Source: Gemmatimonadales bacterium (lineage in GTDB: Bacteria > Gemmatimonadota > Gemmatimonadetes > Gemmatimonadales > GWC2-71-9). Taken from it: DNA of 64,000 bases. Positions 17,284-27,449 of the stretch are shown here, piece after piece. The notes beneath the pieces are model-generated. The model was not told where the DNA came from and searched no databases. It worked only from the letters and a program-made list of their open reading frames with translations. Location: NCBI GenBank assembly GCA_965249575.1, contig OZ252244.1:2880001-2944000 (forward strand), read 5' to 3'. A program made the position numbers and the translations under genes. The stretch's first letter is position 1; every line of letters starts with the position of its first letter.

Positions 17284-17326
17284 TAAACGAGAAGACCCCA
17301 TCGACGCTGCCGTCGACGGGGGTCTT
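17284..17326 (-). terminator. Intrinsic terminator of the DUF5916 gene
   Basis: Inverted repeat AAGACCCCATCGACG/CGTCGACGGGGGTCTT 16 nt after the stop, followed on the - strand by CTCGTTT. Confidence 0.7.
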
Positions 17327-17342
17327 GAAAGCTCCGAGCCGT

Positions 17343-19679
17343 CTAGAAGCCCAGCACGTTGAATTGGCGGGAAAACTTGACGATGAACGACCGGTTGAGC
17401 GGCCGGTTCAAGCTATTGAACGGATCGAAGGCGAATGACTCCTGCGTCTCGTTGTACACGACAAACAGGCCCGTCCCACCGCGCTGGAGCCACGCAAATC
17501 TGAAGTTCGCCGACCAGATCTCCGCCTGGTTGTTGTACTGAATCAGCGACTGCAACCGGATCCGAGGTGTGAAGAAGTACCCGAGCCGAGCGCCGACGAG
17601 CGTGGTCTCGAATGCCGGTCCATATGGTAAGTCCACGTAGTTGTAGTCGACCCGCACCTCTGAGGTAAAACTCGACCACTTCCGCCAAGTCAGCGTGGCG
17701 TTCCCGCCCCAGCGCTTACCGGAGTAGAACCCACCGAGGTTGAGCCTCGCCCGCAGGGACAGCGGGGCGCTGGGGTTCGAGCCGATGTCCCAGCCGTTCT
17801 CGAAGTAGTCGTATGTGCCCGGCGGGATGATGACGCCAGGTGAGATCTCGAACGGCTGGCTGAGTCCCTCACGGCGGAAGTTGAGCTCGGGACCGATCCG
17901 TCCCCCTCCGGAGAACTCGAGCTCGGTGTCCATGTGGATCCAGCCGCTCTCCTGGAATCCGGTGAGATCGAAGTAGCCCCGGTAGGTGATGTGAGGATTG
18001 AGCTGCCTAATCCACGGCACCGACGGCACGCGCACGAAGCGCATGATGTTCCCCTCATACAGCCGGTACGCATCGCGGCTGAGAAAGCCGACCTCGGGGT
18101 TGAAGTCCTCTCCCACCTGCAAGAAGCGGAGCCAGTTTCTCCAGTCCCGAGTTCGGTGCTCGGCGCGGACGGTGAAGGCTTCGTCAGCACCGGTGAGGCC
18201 GGGGGTTTCGGTCTTCGCGGCCCACATGTCCACCGTAATAGCGTCACCGAGCCCAACCCGGCCATCGAGTCCGTATGTTCGATTGCGATCGCCGCTGTTG
18301 TCGACGGACATTCGCTGGACGAAAATGCCGCCCACCCGGGACCGATTGGGGAGCTCCCGAGTCGCGCGGGCTACGGAGTAGGCATTGGTGGGCTGGACGA
18401 TATATGGCTGGCCGAGGGCATCCACTCCAGCGACTTCCTCGGTGAAGATCTGGAGGACCCCCAGGGTTACCCCGCCGGCCTTGCCCGAGAGCCGCCCGCC
18501 GCCAATGACTGGAGCCTCAGTGCCCTCATCCGTTATCCCGATCCGCCGGCTGAAAAAGAGGTCCGCGGCCTGAGGGGTACCGGCAGAAAACACTCCGCCG
18601 TTTTCCAGAAAGAACCGCCGCTTCTCGGGAAAGAAGAGGGGGAACCGCGTGAGATTCGTCTGCTGTTGATCGACCTCGGTCTGGGCGAAGTCAGTGTTGT
18701 ACGTCAGGTCCAGCGTGAGGCTGGGTGTGACACCTATTTTCGCGTCGACCCCCACGTCTCCGGCTTCGTCGAACTCGTTTTGGAAATCGAAATCCCGCCC
18801 GGTCGATGCCAGTGCGTACGGCTCTAAGATGACGGTCTGGCGGAATGGAACACGAATGCCTCTGAGTGTCCCGGCCATCGAGAGCCGCATGAGATTGAAC
18901 TGCCTCGGAATCGGCGACCAGAATGCTTCCTCGTTCCGCCGCCGAATGCTCCGGACGAAGTTGAGGCCCCATGTCTGCACGTTCCCGCTGCCGTACCGCA
19001 ACGTGGAAAAGGGAATTCGGAACTCGGCGTACCATCCCTGGTCGTCGACGGACGTCGCCACGTCCCACTCGGCATCCCAATTGACGTTGAATCCGCCCAT
19101 GGAGCCGGCCTGCTGCCGCGTTTGGCCTCGCTGAAAGACGCCGCCCCCGGTGCCTTCCTTAGAGACCTGCCCGTCGTATTCGATGCCGGTCGGCGTGGTG
19201 GAGAAGATGAAGCCGTTCTGCCGGTCGTGGTACGTGTCGAGGATGATTCCGAAGTGGTCGCTGTTGGTCAGGCTCGCGTCCCGAATCCTCTCACCGGCGA
19301 CGATCTCGCTTGGAGTGCGGTCGTACAGCCATGCACCGAACAGAATCGCCTTCTCGTCCATCAGGATGCGCACTTCAGTGCGCTCGGAGACCGGGTTCCC
19401 TTCTTCGGGTTCTCGCTGAACGAACCCGGCCACCAACTCGGCCTCCTGCCAGGCTGCGTCGTCCAAGCGGCCGTCTATCACGGGAGGCGCAGTTACCATT
19501 GTCGGTCGGGCCGACGGAGGGGCCGCGTCGCCGGAACCGTTCAGACCGCTACCGTTGATTGACTGCGCGTGGGCGACAACCGGGCTGGTCGCGGTCGCCA
19601 AGAGTGCCAACGCGATGCAAGTGTGGGCGCCGGGCCCGTAACCGCGCCGACGCGTGTTGCATGTGGTCCGGCTACTCAT
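17343..19679 (-). CDS. DUF5916 protein with N-terminal CBM9-like domain (probable outer-membrane protein)
   Basis: PPVIDGRLDD..W, LDTYHDRQNGF.F, W.AEFRIPFSTLRY, NTDFAQ.EVD..Q.NLTRFPLFFPEKR.FFLE; GGAGG before ATG 19679. Confidence 0.9.
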   Translation of the reverse strand: MSSRTTCNTRRRGYGPGAHTCIALALLATATSPVVAHAQSINGSGLNGSGDAAPPSARPTMVTAPPVIDGRLDDAAWQEAELVAGFVQREPEEGNPVSERTEVRILMDEKAILFGAWLYDRTPSEIVAGERIRDASLTNSDHFGIILDTYHDRQNGFIFSTTPTGIEYDGQVSKEGTGGGVFQRGQTRQQAGSMGGFNVNWDAEWDVATSVDDQGWYAEFRIPFSTLRYGSGNVQTWGLNFVRSIRRRNEEAFWSPIPRQFNLMRLSMAGTLRGIRVPFRQTVILEPYALASTGRDFDFQNEFDEAGDVGVDAKIGVTPSLTLDLTYNTDFAQTEVDQQQTNLTRFPLFFPEKRRFFLENGGVFSAGTPQAADLFFSRRIGITDEGTEAPVIGGGRLSGKAGGVTLGVLQIFTEEVAGVDALGQPYIVQPTNAYSVARATRELPNRSRVGGIFVQRMSVDNSGDRNRTYGLDGRVGLGDAITVDMWAAKTETPGLTGADEAFTVRAEHRTRDWRNWLRFLQVGEDFNPEVGFLSRDAYRLYEGNIMRFVRVPSVPWIRQLNPHITYRGYFDLTGFQESGWIHMDTELEFSGGGRIGPELNFRREGLSQPFEISPGVIIPPGTYDYFENGWDIGSNPSAPLSLRARLNLGGFYSGKRWGGNATLTWRKWSSFTSEVRVDYNYVDLPYGPAFETTLVGARLGYFFTPRIRLQSLIQYNNQAEIWSANFRFAWLQRGGTGLFVVYNETQESFAFDPFNSLNRPLNRSFIVKFSRQFNVLGF

Positions 19680-20048
19680 CGGTCCTCCCCCGCAGCCTTC
19701 TGTTGCCTCCGACAAAACCCAACGCCTGGCGCCCGTCGAGCGCCCAAGCGCCCGGTGTCGATGCACCCCCGTGCTCTGTCGTGATTTGGAACGCCTGTCC
19801 TAAGGTAATCTAAGCGCAGTGGGACGGCTGTAAATGGTGCGAGGGGTACCGCGCGGGACGTCGGGTGCCTAGCTCACTCGGTGCGGGCAGAAGCTCTCGT
19901 CCGATTGCGAACGTCTCGCACGCCGTACGCACGGATCAATGCTTCAAAAGGCTCGCGCCCGACCGCTCCGCGTCAACGGTCGGGCGCCGATCGCTCCTGT
20001 TTGTTAGCTTCCGCCGCCAAGGTGCGGCGACTTCCGACCGGCTGGGCC

Positions 20049-20525
20049 TCAGGTGGCTGGCCGCCCGTTCGACTCGTGCGCCTGCACGATCTTCCACTCC
20101 CCGTCACGGTGCTGGTACACGAACGTCCACAGCTTGCCGTCCAGCCAGCGGGCGACTCCGGCGGTGTCCACGACGTCGGCATGAAATACTCCGGTGAACG
20201 CGCCGGCGTCCGGCCCGAGAACCACGACGTGGGCGGGATCCCAATGCCCCCCGGCCTTCTGCATGCCCCCCAGGAAGTTCCCGGCAGCGTTCTTGAGCGC
20301 ATCACGATCGGGGTAGATCCGACCGCCGTCGACGTAGACGAGGTCGGCCTCGTCGGTGAAGGCATCGATGAAGCCGTCACCCGTTAGTGTCCCCATAGCG
20401 GCGATGAACCCATCGGCGGCGCCCTGGATTTCCTCGGCCACCTGTGCGCGTTGTGCGTCGGTCATTTCTGCGGGCTGACACGCGAGTGACAAAAGCACAA
20501 GCGCGGAAGCTACGAAGCGGGTCAT
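20049..20525 (-). CDS. NTF2/SnoaL-like (DUF4440) lipoprotein
   Basis: Lipobox SLAC; C-terminal WTFVYQHRDGEWKIVQAHES. Confidence 0.8.
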   Translation of the reverse strand: MTRFVASALVLLSLACQPAEMTDAQRAQVAEEIQGAADGFIAAMGTLTGDGFIDAFTDEADLVYVDGGRIYPDRDALKNAAGNFLGGMQKAGGHWDPAHVVVLGPDAGAFTGVFHADVVDTAGVARWLDGKLWTFVYQHRDGEWKIVQAHESNGRPAT

Positions 20526-20654
20526 GAGTACCTCGCGATAGACTGGACAATAGAGCGGCGAACCCCCACCGGATGGGGGGAGAATCGAGTTTCTCGCCGT
20601 CACAATGTCAAGTGCCGAACGCTTGAACGCGCGGCGGAAGAGCCGCCGCCGCGA

Positions 20655-22154
20655 TTACTGTGGGGGGAGGCGCGAGAACCTCTCCGCTACATCGACGCCG
20701 CTCGCTCGGAGCTGCTTCCATTTACGAAAGAAGATCACCGATGCGAGACCCATGACGATCAGCCACACCGGTGAGGAGTGGAAGTACCACGCCGACACCT
20801 CCGACGACAGATCCTTTGCGATGTGGACGACCAGTAGCACTCCCAGAGCGAGCGTTCCGCTCACGCCCAACCACCACTGTGCGGGCCGATGTGGAAGGAA
20901 GCGGATCTCGCCGGCCAGTGCGGGGTTCCGGTAGGGCAGGACGAGCACCGCGAGACACATGAGCAGGAAGTTCACTAGCATCGAAGTCACGAGGATGTCG
21001 ACGCCGAGGAAGAAATCCCCGGCCAAGTGGCTCCCCAGGATGCCCACCGACGCCATCAGAGAGCTTGCGACGATGGCCAGGTGGGGGGTGTGCCACCGGT
21101 GGTTCACTCTCGCCACGCGCCGGGGAAAGATCCCGTCCTCCGCCCACGCGTACATGAGCCGGGACACCGCCAGAATCATGGCGGGCAGATCGTTGATCAG
21201 GGCGATCGCGGCGCCGGCGATAATCGCGACGGTCCAGCCGGGTGACAAGACGTAGCCCAACAGCCCCGGAGCGGTCAGGTCCTGCGTCCCCGCCCGCTCG
21301 GCGATAAAGCCCCAGGGGACGGCGCGGTATACGGCCGCGGTGAACAACAGGTAGAAGCTCCCGACGGTAACCACGGCCAGACCGATCGCGAGTGGCAAGT
21401 TGCGGTTCGGGTTCTTTGCCTCTCCCCCGGCTTGGGCGATCGAGTCGAACCCAATGAAGCTCGAGAACAGAATGGCCGAGGCCGCCAGCAGCTTCCCGAT
21501 TCCGATTGGAGCGTCGGGTAGCGAAGGGACCACTGCCCCCTCCCGCCGGGCGAGCGCGGCGGCGAAATCCGCATGATCAAACGAGAATCCCGCACCGACG
21601 ACGATGGCTCCCCCAACGAACATGAGCACCATCAGGGGAATGAGTGTCCGCTCGTATAGCTTGACGCCCAGAATGTTCACGCCGGTAAAGAGCCAGAGGA
21701 ACACCAACGCCAGCGTGACTCGAACCGGGCCCTGCTCCAATGCGGCGGCGGTCGCGTCTAGCTCGAGCGACACCGCAATGTCCCGCAGGAACGGGATCAG
21801 CACGTAAGAGATGACCCCAATCGCGATGCTGAGTCCGAACCACTGCGAGAAACTCGCAATGAATCCCAGGTACGGATGCAGCGATCTGCTCGCGTACACG
21901 TAGCTCCCGCCCGCGCGGGGCATCGCCGAAGCCAATACTGCGTAGGACAGCGCGGCGAGCACCGCGGGAAACGCGGCCAGGAAGTAGGCGGTCAGAACGT
22001 GGGGCCCGATCCCGGGCACGTTCCGCTGAATCATGATGGGGATGACGTTTATTCCCGCCCCCATCATTGCGCACACGCCGGTGGCGGCGAGACCCACAAG
22101 ACCCAAGCTCCTGACCAACCCGACTGGCGACGCCTGGCTACTAGCTCCTGCCAC
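20655..22154 (-). CDS. APC family amino acid permease
   Basis: L.RSLGL, GAGI, SAMPRAGGSYVY, SFIGFDSI...GGEAKNP.RNLP.AI, SRLMYA.AEDG.FP; about 12 TMs. Confidence 0.92.
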   Translation of the reverse strand: MAGASSQASPVGLVRSLGLVGLAATGVCAMMGAGINVIPIMIQRNVPGIGPHVLTAYFLAAFPAVLAALSYAVLASAMPRAGGSYVYASRSLHPYLGFIASFSQWFGLSIAIGVISYVLIPFLRDIAVSLELDATAAALEQGPVRVTLALVFLWLFTGVNILGVKLYERTLIPLMVLMFVGGAIVVGAGFSFDHADFAAALARREGAVVPSLPDAPIGIGKLLAASAILFSSFIGFDSIAQAGGEAKNPNRNLPLAIGLAVVTVGSFYLLFTAAVYRAVPWGFIAERAGTQDLTAPGLLGYVLSPGWTVAIIAGAAIALINDLPAMILAVSRLMYAWAEDGIFPRRVARVNHRWHTPHLAIVASSLMASVGILGSHLAGDFFLGVDILVTSMLVNFLLMCLAVLVLPYRNPALAGEIRFLPHRPAQWWLGVSGTLALGVLLVVHIAKDLSSEVSAWYFHSSPVWLIVMGLASVIFFRKWKQLRASGVDVAERFSRLPPQ

Positions 22155-22413
22155 GTGACCCCCTATGTCCGGTCCAACCGTAGTGGTCCCCCGCGCCCTG
22201 CCCTGACGGCACGACCCCTGATCCCAACCCCGGGGACTGCAGAAGCTGTGGGTGGATAGCGAGGCGGGCAAGTTGGGCGTTGCCCGCCCTCACGCGGTCT
22301 TGGGATTGGATGCATTATTGCCGTCCGGGCTCCGCTCTTTCTGCACGGGCGGGAACCCTTGCACCGGGGAACCGGTTTCGGGAACGGCGGTCGGGTACTG
22401 CACGGAGGCTACG

Positions 22414-23217
22414 GTGGCAGATACGAAGGTGATTCTCGGCGTGGACATCGGAGGAACGGGCGTCAAGGCGGCGACCGTGAATGTTCGAAGCGGGAAGCTC
22501 GTCTCCGAACGCGTACGCTTGGAGACCCCGCAGCCGTCGACACCGAACGCCGTGATCGAGACGGTCGCCCAGCTGCAAGACACCCTCGAATGGGAGGGGC
22601 CGGTTGGGTGCGGTTTCCCTGGCTTGGTCAAGGGGGGCGCGGTTCGGCGCGCGCCAAACCTGGACGACTCATGGATCGACTGCGACCTGGTGAGCGCACT
22701 GCGCGATTCACTTCGTGCCGACTCCGTTGCGGTTGGCAACGACGCCGATGCGGCCGGCCTCGCCGAGGCGAAATTCGGTGCGGGGAGAGGCGTCAAGGGC
22801 ACCGTCGTCATGGTGACCCTCGGGACGGGCATTGGCACCGCCGTGCTGCATAACGGCGCGCTGTTACCGGACACCGAGCTGGGGCATGTGGAGATCATGG
22901 GGAAAGACGCCGAGCGCGTCGCCTCGCGCAGCGCCCGCATGCGCAAAGGGTGGAGCTGGAAGAAATGGGGCAAGAGCGTTGATCGTTACCTCAGCCACCT
23001 CGAGTATCTGTTGGGGGTTGATCTGTTCATCATTGGCGGGGGGGCGAGCAAGAAGGCGGACCGCTTCTTTCCGTATCTCGAGAGAGTCACGTGCGAGGTG
23101 GAGGCCGCACAGATGGGGAACCTGGCCGGCATCGTAGGCGCGGCCATGCTCGCGGATCCTGGGACTCGCGCCGCGTCCCGGCTGCCGCAGCCCCGTCTGG
23201 CGACGCTATCGTTGTGA
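22414..23217 (+). CDS. ppgK: Polyphosphate glucokinase (ROK family)
   Basis: GVDIGGTGVK, TPQPSTP, NDADAAGLAE..FGAG, TLGTGIG, TELGH, W..W, IIGGG.SK; GGAGG before GTG 22414. Confidence 0.88.
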   Translation: MADTKVILGVDIGGTGVKAATVNVRSGKLVSERVRLETPQPSTPNAVIETVAQLQDTLEWEGPVGCGFPGLVKGGAVRRAPNLDDSWIDCDLVSALRDSLRADSVAVGNDADAAGLAEAKFGAGRGVKGTVVMVTLGTGIGTAVLHNGALLPDTELGHVEIMGKDAERVASRSARMRKGWSWKKWGKSVDRYLSHLEYLLGVDLFIIGGGASKKADRFFPYLERVTCEVEAAQMGNLAGIVGAAMLADPGTRAASRLPQPRLATLSL

Positions 23218-23729
23218 ACGGCTGCCGATCGGGGCGTAGCTGGAGCGGGATCGCCCTGTTGGTCGCCCTTTGGTCCGCCTGCGAACCCGGGACGCCGGTC
23301 GACCGTGACGATCTGACTGGGGACGGGCGGGCGGTGCGTCTCGAACTCGAGGCGTATTATCGGGACTTCAGCAACCGCAACTGGCCCGCATTCGCTTCCC
23401 ACTTCTGGCCGGGCACCTCCATCACGACGGTTTGGCAGCCTCCAGGTGAGCCGGAGCCCCGGGTGGTGCCGACTACCGTTGAGGCGTTCGTCGAGCAAGC
23501 GCATCTCGGGCCCGGGAGCCGGGAAATCTTCGAGGAGCGGATGCTCGAGGCGCAGATCGACGCGCGTGGAAACATCGCTCACGCTTGGGTACGCTACCGA
23601 GCGCGATTTGGCGACTCGACCAATCACATGGAGTGGGAGGGGACCGACGTGTTCTCCCTCCTCCGGCACCGGGGCGAGTGGCGGATCGCATCGCTCGTCT
23701 TCGCGGGGGACGACGCCGACTCGCAGTGA
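23214..23729 (+). CDS. NTF2/SnoaL-like putative lipoprotein
   Basis: GTGA overlap with the ppgK stop; WSAC lipobox-like; IAHAWVRY...G.D.FSLL...GEWRIASL. Confidence 0.75.
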   Translation: MNGCRSGRSWSGIALLVALWSACEPGTPVDRDDLTGDGRAVRLELEAYYRDFSNRNWPAFASHFWPGTSITTVWQPPGEPEPRVVPTTVEAFVEQAHLGPGSREIFEERMLEAQIDARGNIAHAWVRYRARFGDSTNHMEWEGTDVFSLLRHRGEWRIASLVFAGDDADSQ

Positions 23730-24073
23730 CATGACACCCACCGGGGAGCGGGGGATGTTGTGGACCGCAAGGGGTCGTGCTCCGGATACTACCTCGTCTC
23801 CCAATGCTCCCCCAAGGCCTTCACGACCGGCTCGTCAGCTCGGGCATGTTGGTACTCCCCGCCGGGGCGCGCGGCAATTCCAACACGGTACCCGGGAAAT
23901 CGAGGCTTTGCTGAGTTAGAAGTATGAAGAGCCTCTGAATTCCCCGGGGGATGGCGCGATATTCTCCGTCCGCCACCGGAGCGTCAACAGGTCGGGTGTG
24001 CTATCCTCCCCACGTCACCCGATGCGGGACCGTCTGCGGACCGGTGGGCGGTGTTGGGTTGTGTTGCAACACG

Positions 24074-24087
24074 TTGATGGACATCAG
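24074..24087. promoter_or_regulatory. FNR-box-like site
   Basis: TTGAT-ggac-ATCAG, one mismatch from TTGAT-N4-ATCAA, about 125 bp upstream of the response regulator. Confidence 0.4.
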
Positions 24088-24211
24088 GTTGAGTGTACTC
24101 GTTATATTGAGAAAATCGAAGAATCCGGCTCCGAAGCTGGTATCGAAATTGCGCCTAGATTGACGGAATCGAGATTGCTCTGATCGAACGCTGGCGGGCT
24201 GGACACGGCAA

Positions 24212-24706
24212 ATGGCTCGGATACTCATCATCGACGACGAACCCAACCTCCTGGTTGCACTGCAGCTCGGGGTTGGGCGGCTGGGACATTCGGCCCACAC
24301 GGCCGGTACCTGCGAGGACGGCCTTGCCGTTCTGCGGGCGCATCGGATCGATCTGATAATCACCGACCTCGTGCTGCCCGGCGAGGACGGGGCATCTGCA
24401 GTGGGTTCCGTTCGGCGCGCGGCGCCGAGCGCTCCGGTGATCGCGATGTCGTCGGACCCGGTTCTGCTCGGGGAAGCGATGCGTCGGGGTGCGGTGTTGA
24501 CCCTCGAGAAGCCATTCACCCTCGAAGCGTTCGAGCGCGCGATCGAAGGCGTGTTGGGTCGGCCCTCTGGGGTAGAACGGAGGCGCGACCAGCGCCGCCG
24601 CCGTCTCCGTCGACAGGTCCAGCGCCGCAGAGACCCCTCCGGCGTTGTGGAGGACCGGCGTGCTCGAGACCGTCGGAGGCCTTTCCGCGCGTTCGCCGCG
24701 CGCTGA
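24212..24706 (+). CDS. Response regulator receiver protein with Arg-rich C-terminal tail
   Basis: ILIIDDE, IITDLVLP, PVIAMS, LEKPF; tail ERRRDQRRR...DRRARDRRR. Confidence 0.88.
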   Translation: MARILIIDDEPNLLVALQLGVGRLGHSAHTAGTCEDGLAVLRAHRIDLIITDLVLPGEDGASAVGSVRRAAPSAPVIAMSSDPVLLGEAMRRGAVLTLEKPFTLEAFERAIEGVLGRPSGVERRRDQRRRRLRRQVQRRRDPSGVVEDRRARDRRRPFRAFAAR

Positions 24707-24723
24707 CTCCTTCCGTTTGCCGT

Positions 24724-25806
24724 TTACCCCGGGGCGACGGGCGTCACGTTAGCTCCGCGGGCCAGCAGCCGCTCCACCCGTCGGCGGGCGGCGTGGACTG
24801 GCGACTCGTCCCGCTCACGGGCTTCCTCAAAAACCTCGGTCAGCAATGTCCCCAGACCCACCACTCGTGATTTGAGTGCTGACTCGTCTCGCTCACCGCG
24901 TGCCATGGCGGCAAAGGCTATCGCGCCGCCCGCGTTGACGATGTAATCGGGACCGTACAGGATGCCAGCTTTGACCAACCGTTCGGCGTCCGAAGCCTCC
25001 GCCAGCTGGTTGTTGGCGGAACCGGCGACGATCCGGCACTGAAGCTGCGGTATCGTGTCACGGTTGAGCGTCGCGCCGACCGCGCAGGGCGCATACACAT
25101 CACACGTTGTCGTCCACACGGCATCGGACTCGACGACGCTTCCGCCAATTTTGGCTGCCACCCGCTGAGCACGCTGGTGATCCAAGTCAGATATGAGGAC
25201 GGCTCCGCCGGCCTCCCGAACGAGACCAGCCAGCGGCGTCCCGACGTCGCCGACGCCCTGAATGAAGACTCTACGCCCCTGAAACCCGTCGTCCGAAAAG
25301 ACATGCGCGAGCGCCGAGCGCATGGCTATGAACACTCCGAGCGCGGTGTAGGGACCCGGATCGGCCACCTGTCCGGTATCGGGATCGAATCCGTGGATGT
25401 GCGGGGATTCCGCCGCGAGCACCCGCATGTCCTCGGGGGTCGTGCCGAGGTCTTCGCCGGTACTGAAGCACCCCCCGAGCGCATTGAGGAGTCGCGCATA
25501 CCGCTTCAAGAGGCCCCGCCGCTCGTCGCCCGAAAGTGTCCGGGAGAGCGCGAGGACCGCTTTTCCCCCTCCGAATTGGACGCCCGCTGACGCCCATTTG
25601 TGTGTCATACCCTCCGCAAGACGTAAGGCGTCCCATAGCCCTTCCTCAGGGCTCGAGTAGATCTTCATTCGGGAGCCTCCAACCGGCGTCCCGAGGGTGG
25701 TGTCGTGAATGGCAATGAATATCCAGGTGGCCGTGGGGCGATCGTACCGTGCAACGACCCCAAGTCCATCCCATCCTTCGATGAGCTGCTGCATGTCCCG
25801 TGTCAT
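24724..25806 (-). CDS. Leu/Phe/Val dehydrogenase (ELFV family)
   Basis: GGSRM, LAEGMTHK, GGGKAV, TGEDLGT, QGVGDVG, VYAPCA.G, GSANNQL, PDYIVNAGG. Confidence 0.94.
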   Translation of the reverse strand: MTRDMQQLIEGWDGLGVVARYDRPTATWIFIAIHDTTLGTPVGGSRMKIYSSPEEGLWDALRLAEGMTHKWASAGVQFGGGKAVLALSRTLSGDERRGLLKRYARLLNALGGCFSTGEDLGTTPEDMRVLAAESPHIHGFDPDTGQVADPGPYTALGVFIAMRSALAHVFSDDGFQGRRVFIQGVGDVGTPLAGLVREAGGAVLISDLDHQRAQRVAAKIGGSVVESDAVWTTTCDVYAPCAVGATLNRDTIPQLQCRIVAGSANNQLAEASDAERLVKAGILYGPDYIVNAGGAIAFAAMARGERDESALKSRVVGLGTLLTEVFEEARERDESPVHAARRRVERLLARGANVTPVAPG

Positions 25807-25846
25807 AGAACTCCTTCAGTGAGCCCTCTCCCCGTTTCCCAGCCCT

Positions 25847-26344
25847 TCAGGCGACCATGTAGGCGCCTGTTCCGGTGGCGATGAGTACGCCCTCGTCGTT
25901 GTGGAGCTCCATCCGCGTCACCGCTACGCGGCTGCCTATACGTAGGATGTAGGCGCTGGCCCGGAAGAAACGGCCGCGTCCAGGCTGCAGGTAGTCCACC
26001 CGTAAATCGATCGTCCCGAGCCTCCCGAATCGCCGCTCGATCTCCTCGCTGCTTCGATCCTCGGTGCGGCGCAGCAGACCCATGAAGGCCACCAGTCCTC
26101 CGGCGACGTCCAAGGATGCCGAGACGACCCCCCCGTGGAGCGTTCCGTGCGTATAGTTGCCGATCAATTCCTCGCGCATTTGAAACCGTACGACTGCCCG
26201 ATCGGCTTCCGCCGACTCTATGGATAGGCCGAGCGCCTTGTTGAAGGGGATCCGGTCGGTGAAGATCGACCGGGCGATCGCCTGTGTTTCTTCCCGGCCG
26301 CGCGCGTCGCCGGCGTTACCACCGTTTGGTGCTGTCATTACCAT
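25847..26344 (-). CDS. PaaI/hotdog-fold thioesterase
   Basis: IPFNKALG, LIGN...GTLHGGVVSASLD, GTIDLRVDYL.PGRG. Confidence 0.92.
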   Translation of the reverse strand: MVMTAPNGGNAGDARGREETQAIARSIFTDRIPFNKALGLSIESAEADRAVVRFQMREELIGNYTHGTLHGGVVSASLDVAGGLVAFMGLLRRTEDRSSEEIERRFGRLGTIDLRVDYLQPGRGRFFRASAYILRIGSRVAVTRMELHNDEGVLIATGTGAYMVA

Positions 26345-26673
26345 TGAAGCGTAGCCCCATTTGATCGGAACACTGGTGCGACCGGGCTCGATGGTCCACG
26401 AACCCGTGGCGCTCGAAAAACCGCAACCGCAACCGCTGCCGGTGACGTGCTTCAGCGCGGTGTTCGTCGGGGGCATCCCAATCAGTCGAATGCCGTCAGC
26501 CCCTACCAGGAATAGCATGCTGGAAACGAACGAGAAAGTGGGTGGCTTCATCGCGGCGCGCGAGTGCGCTGGTGGACGGGCGGGCGGGCATCGAAAGGCC
26601 TGTCACCCGCCGGTTTTCCTAGCCGGGTTGGATCGGGGCTACCGCGTCAGTGGGGCGGTGTGTTGGTGGGTCG

Positions 26674-26862
26674 TCATACCGCGACTTCGCTAACCTCTGC
26701 CGGCTGGGGCCAAGCCTGGGCTTCGTCGATGGCGTCCGGCGGTCCGTCGTGGCTCCACGACAGCAGTAGCCAGGAGGCCAGGCCGAGCGGTCGCATATAG
26801 ACGTCCCTGAGTCCGTCTAGGCTCACGTCGTCACGCGCCTCATCATACCACGATTGGCCCAT
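26674..26862 (-). CDS. Small hypothetical protein (62 aa)
   Basis: ATG overlaps the upstream stop (TGATG); no recognisable motif. Confidence 0.35.
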   Translation of the reverse strand: MGQSWYDEARDDVSLDGLRDVYMRPLGLASWLLLSWSHDGPPDAIDEAQAWPQPAEVSEVAV

Positions 26863-27239
26863 CACCCGGTTTCCCACCAGGCGACTTCTCCGAAGTGCCC
26901 GCAGTGGGGGCACTTCAGCGAGTCAGGACGTCCCGCGACGTGTACCCGACATCCCGCGACCGGACACACCGCATACGTCCGCCCGAGGTCACTCCGTGTC
27001 CCGCGTGCCGGATTGGAGTCCTCCGGCCCGCGGACCACGACCGTGAAGCTCTTTGGGCGACGGTCGCGGATCTCGAACAGGTGTCGGGGGAGGACGACGT
27101 GATGGCGCCGGACTTCTACGACGAGCTTCCTGGTGGCGCCCTGGTTCACGATGGGATACCAGGCCCCCTGTCGCACCATCGGCTCGCTCATTGGCCGTGC
27201 GAGCGCCCAGGGGCGGGCCCAGCCGGTAGTCTTGGACAT
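26862..27239 (-). CDS. Small hypothetical protein with C-terminal zinc-ribbon-like Cys cluster
   Basis: GAGGAGGA before ATG 27239; CPVAGC...CPHCGH. Confidence 0.75.
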   Translation of the reverse strand: MSKTTGWARPWALARPMSEPMVRQGAWYPIVNQGATRKLVVEVRRHHVVLPRHLFEIRDRRPKSFTVVVRGPEDSNPARGTRSDLGRTYAVCPVAGCRVHVAGRPDSLKCPHCGHFGEVAWWETG

Positions 27240-27449
27240 TGAATCCTCCTCTCGCCGTCGGGCAACCTGCGGGCCCGGCCGCCTGGCTTCTGTGATCTCC
27301 CTTACACTTGGCCCGAGGCCGTCCCGGCTCGCTCTTGCCCCGCCCCCACGGGCCAGGCATAATCGCCTGTCGGCCGCAGCGTTCGTGACCCGGCGCCGGC
27401 TGGTGCCACGGTCACGGGCGCCCACCCGAGGACGTTCCCCTCAAGAGCG

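Noticed and set aside
16905..17290. TPP riboswitch upstream of the tenA-like operon
   Set aside because: No CTGAGA...GAACCTGAT...GGGA core on the - strand, and the G-U pairs favour + strand folding.
26345..26551. N-terminal extension of the thioesterase with a CGCG motif
   Set aside because: Atypical codon usage and no RBS; homology begins downstream of the ATG at 26344.
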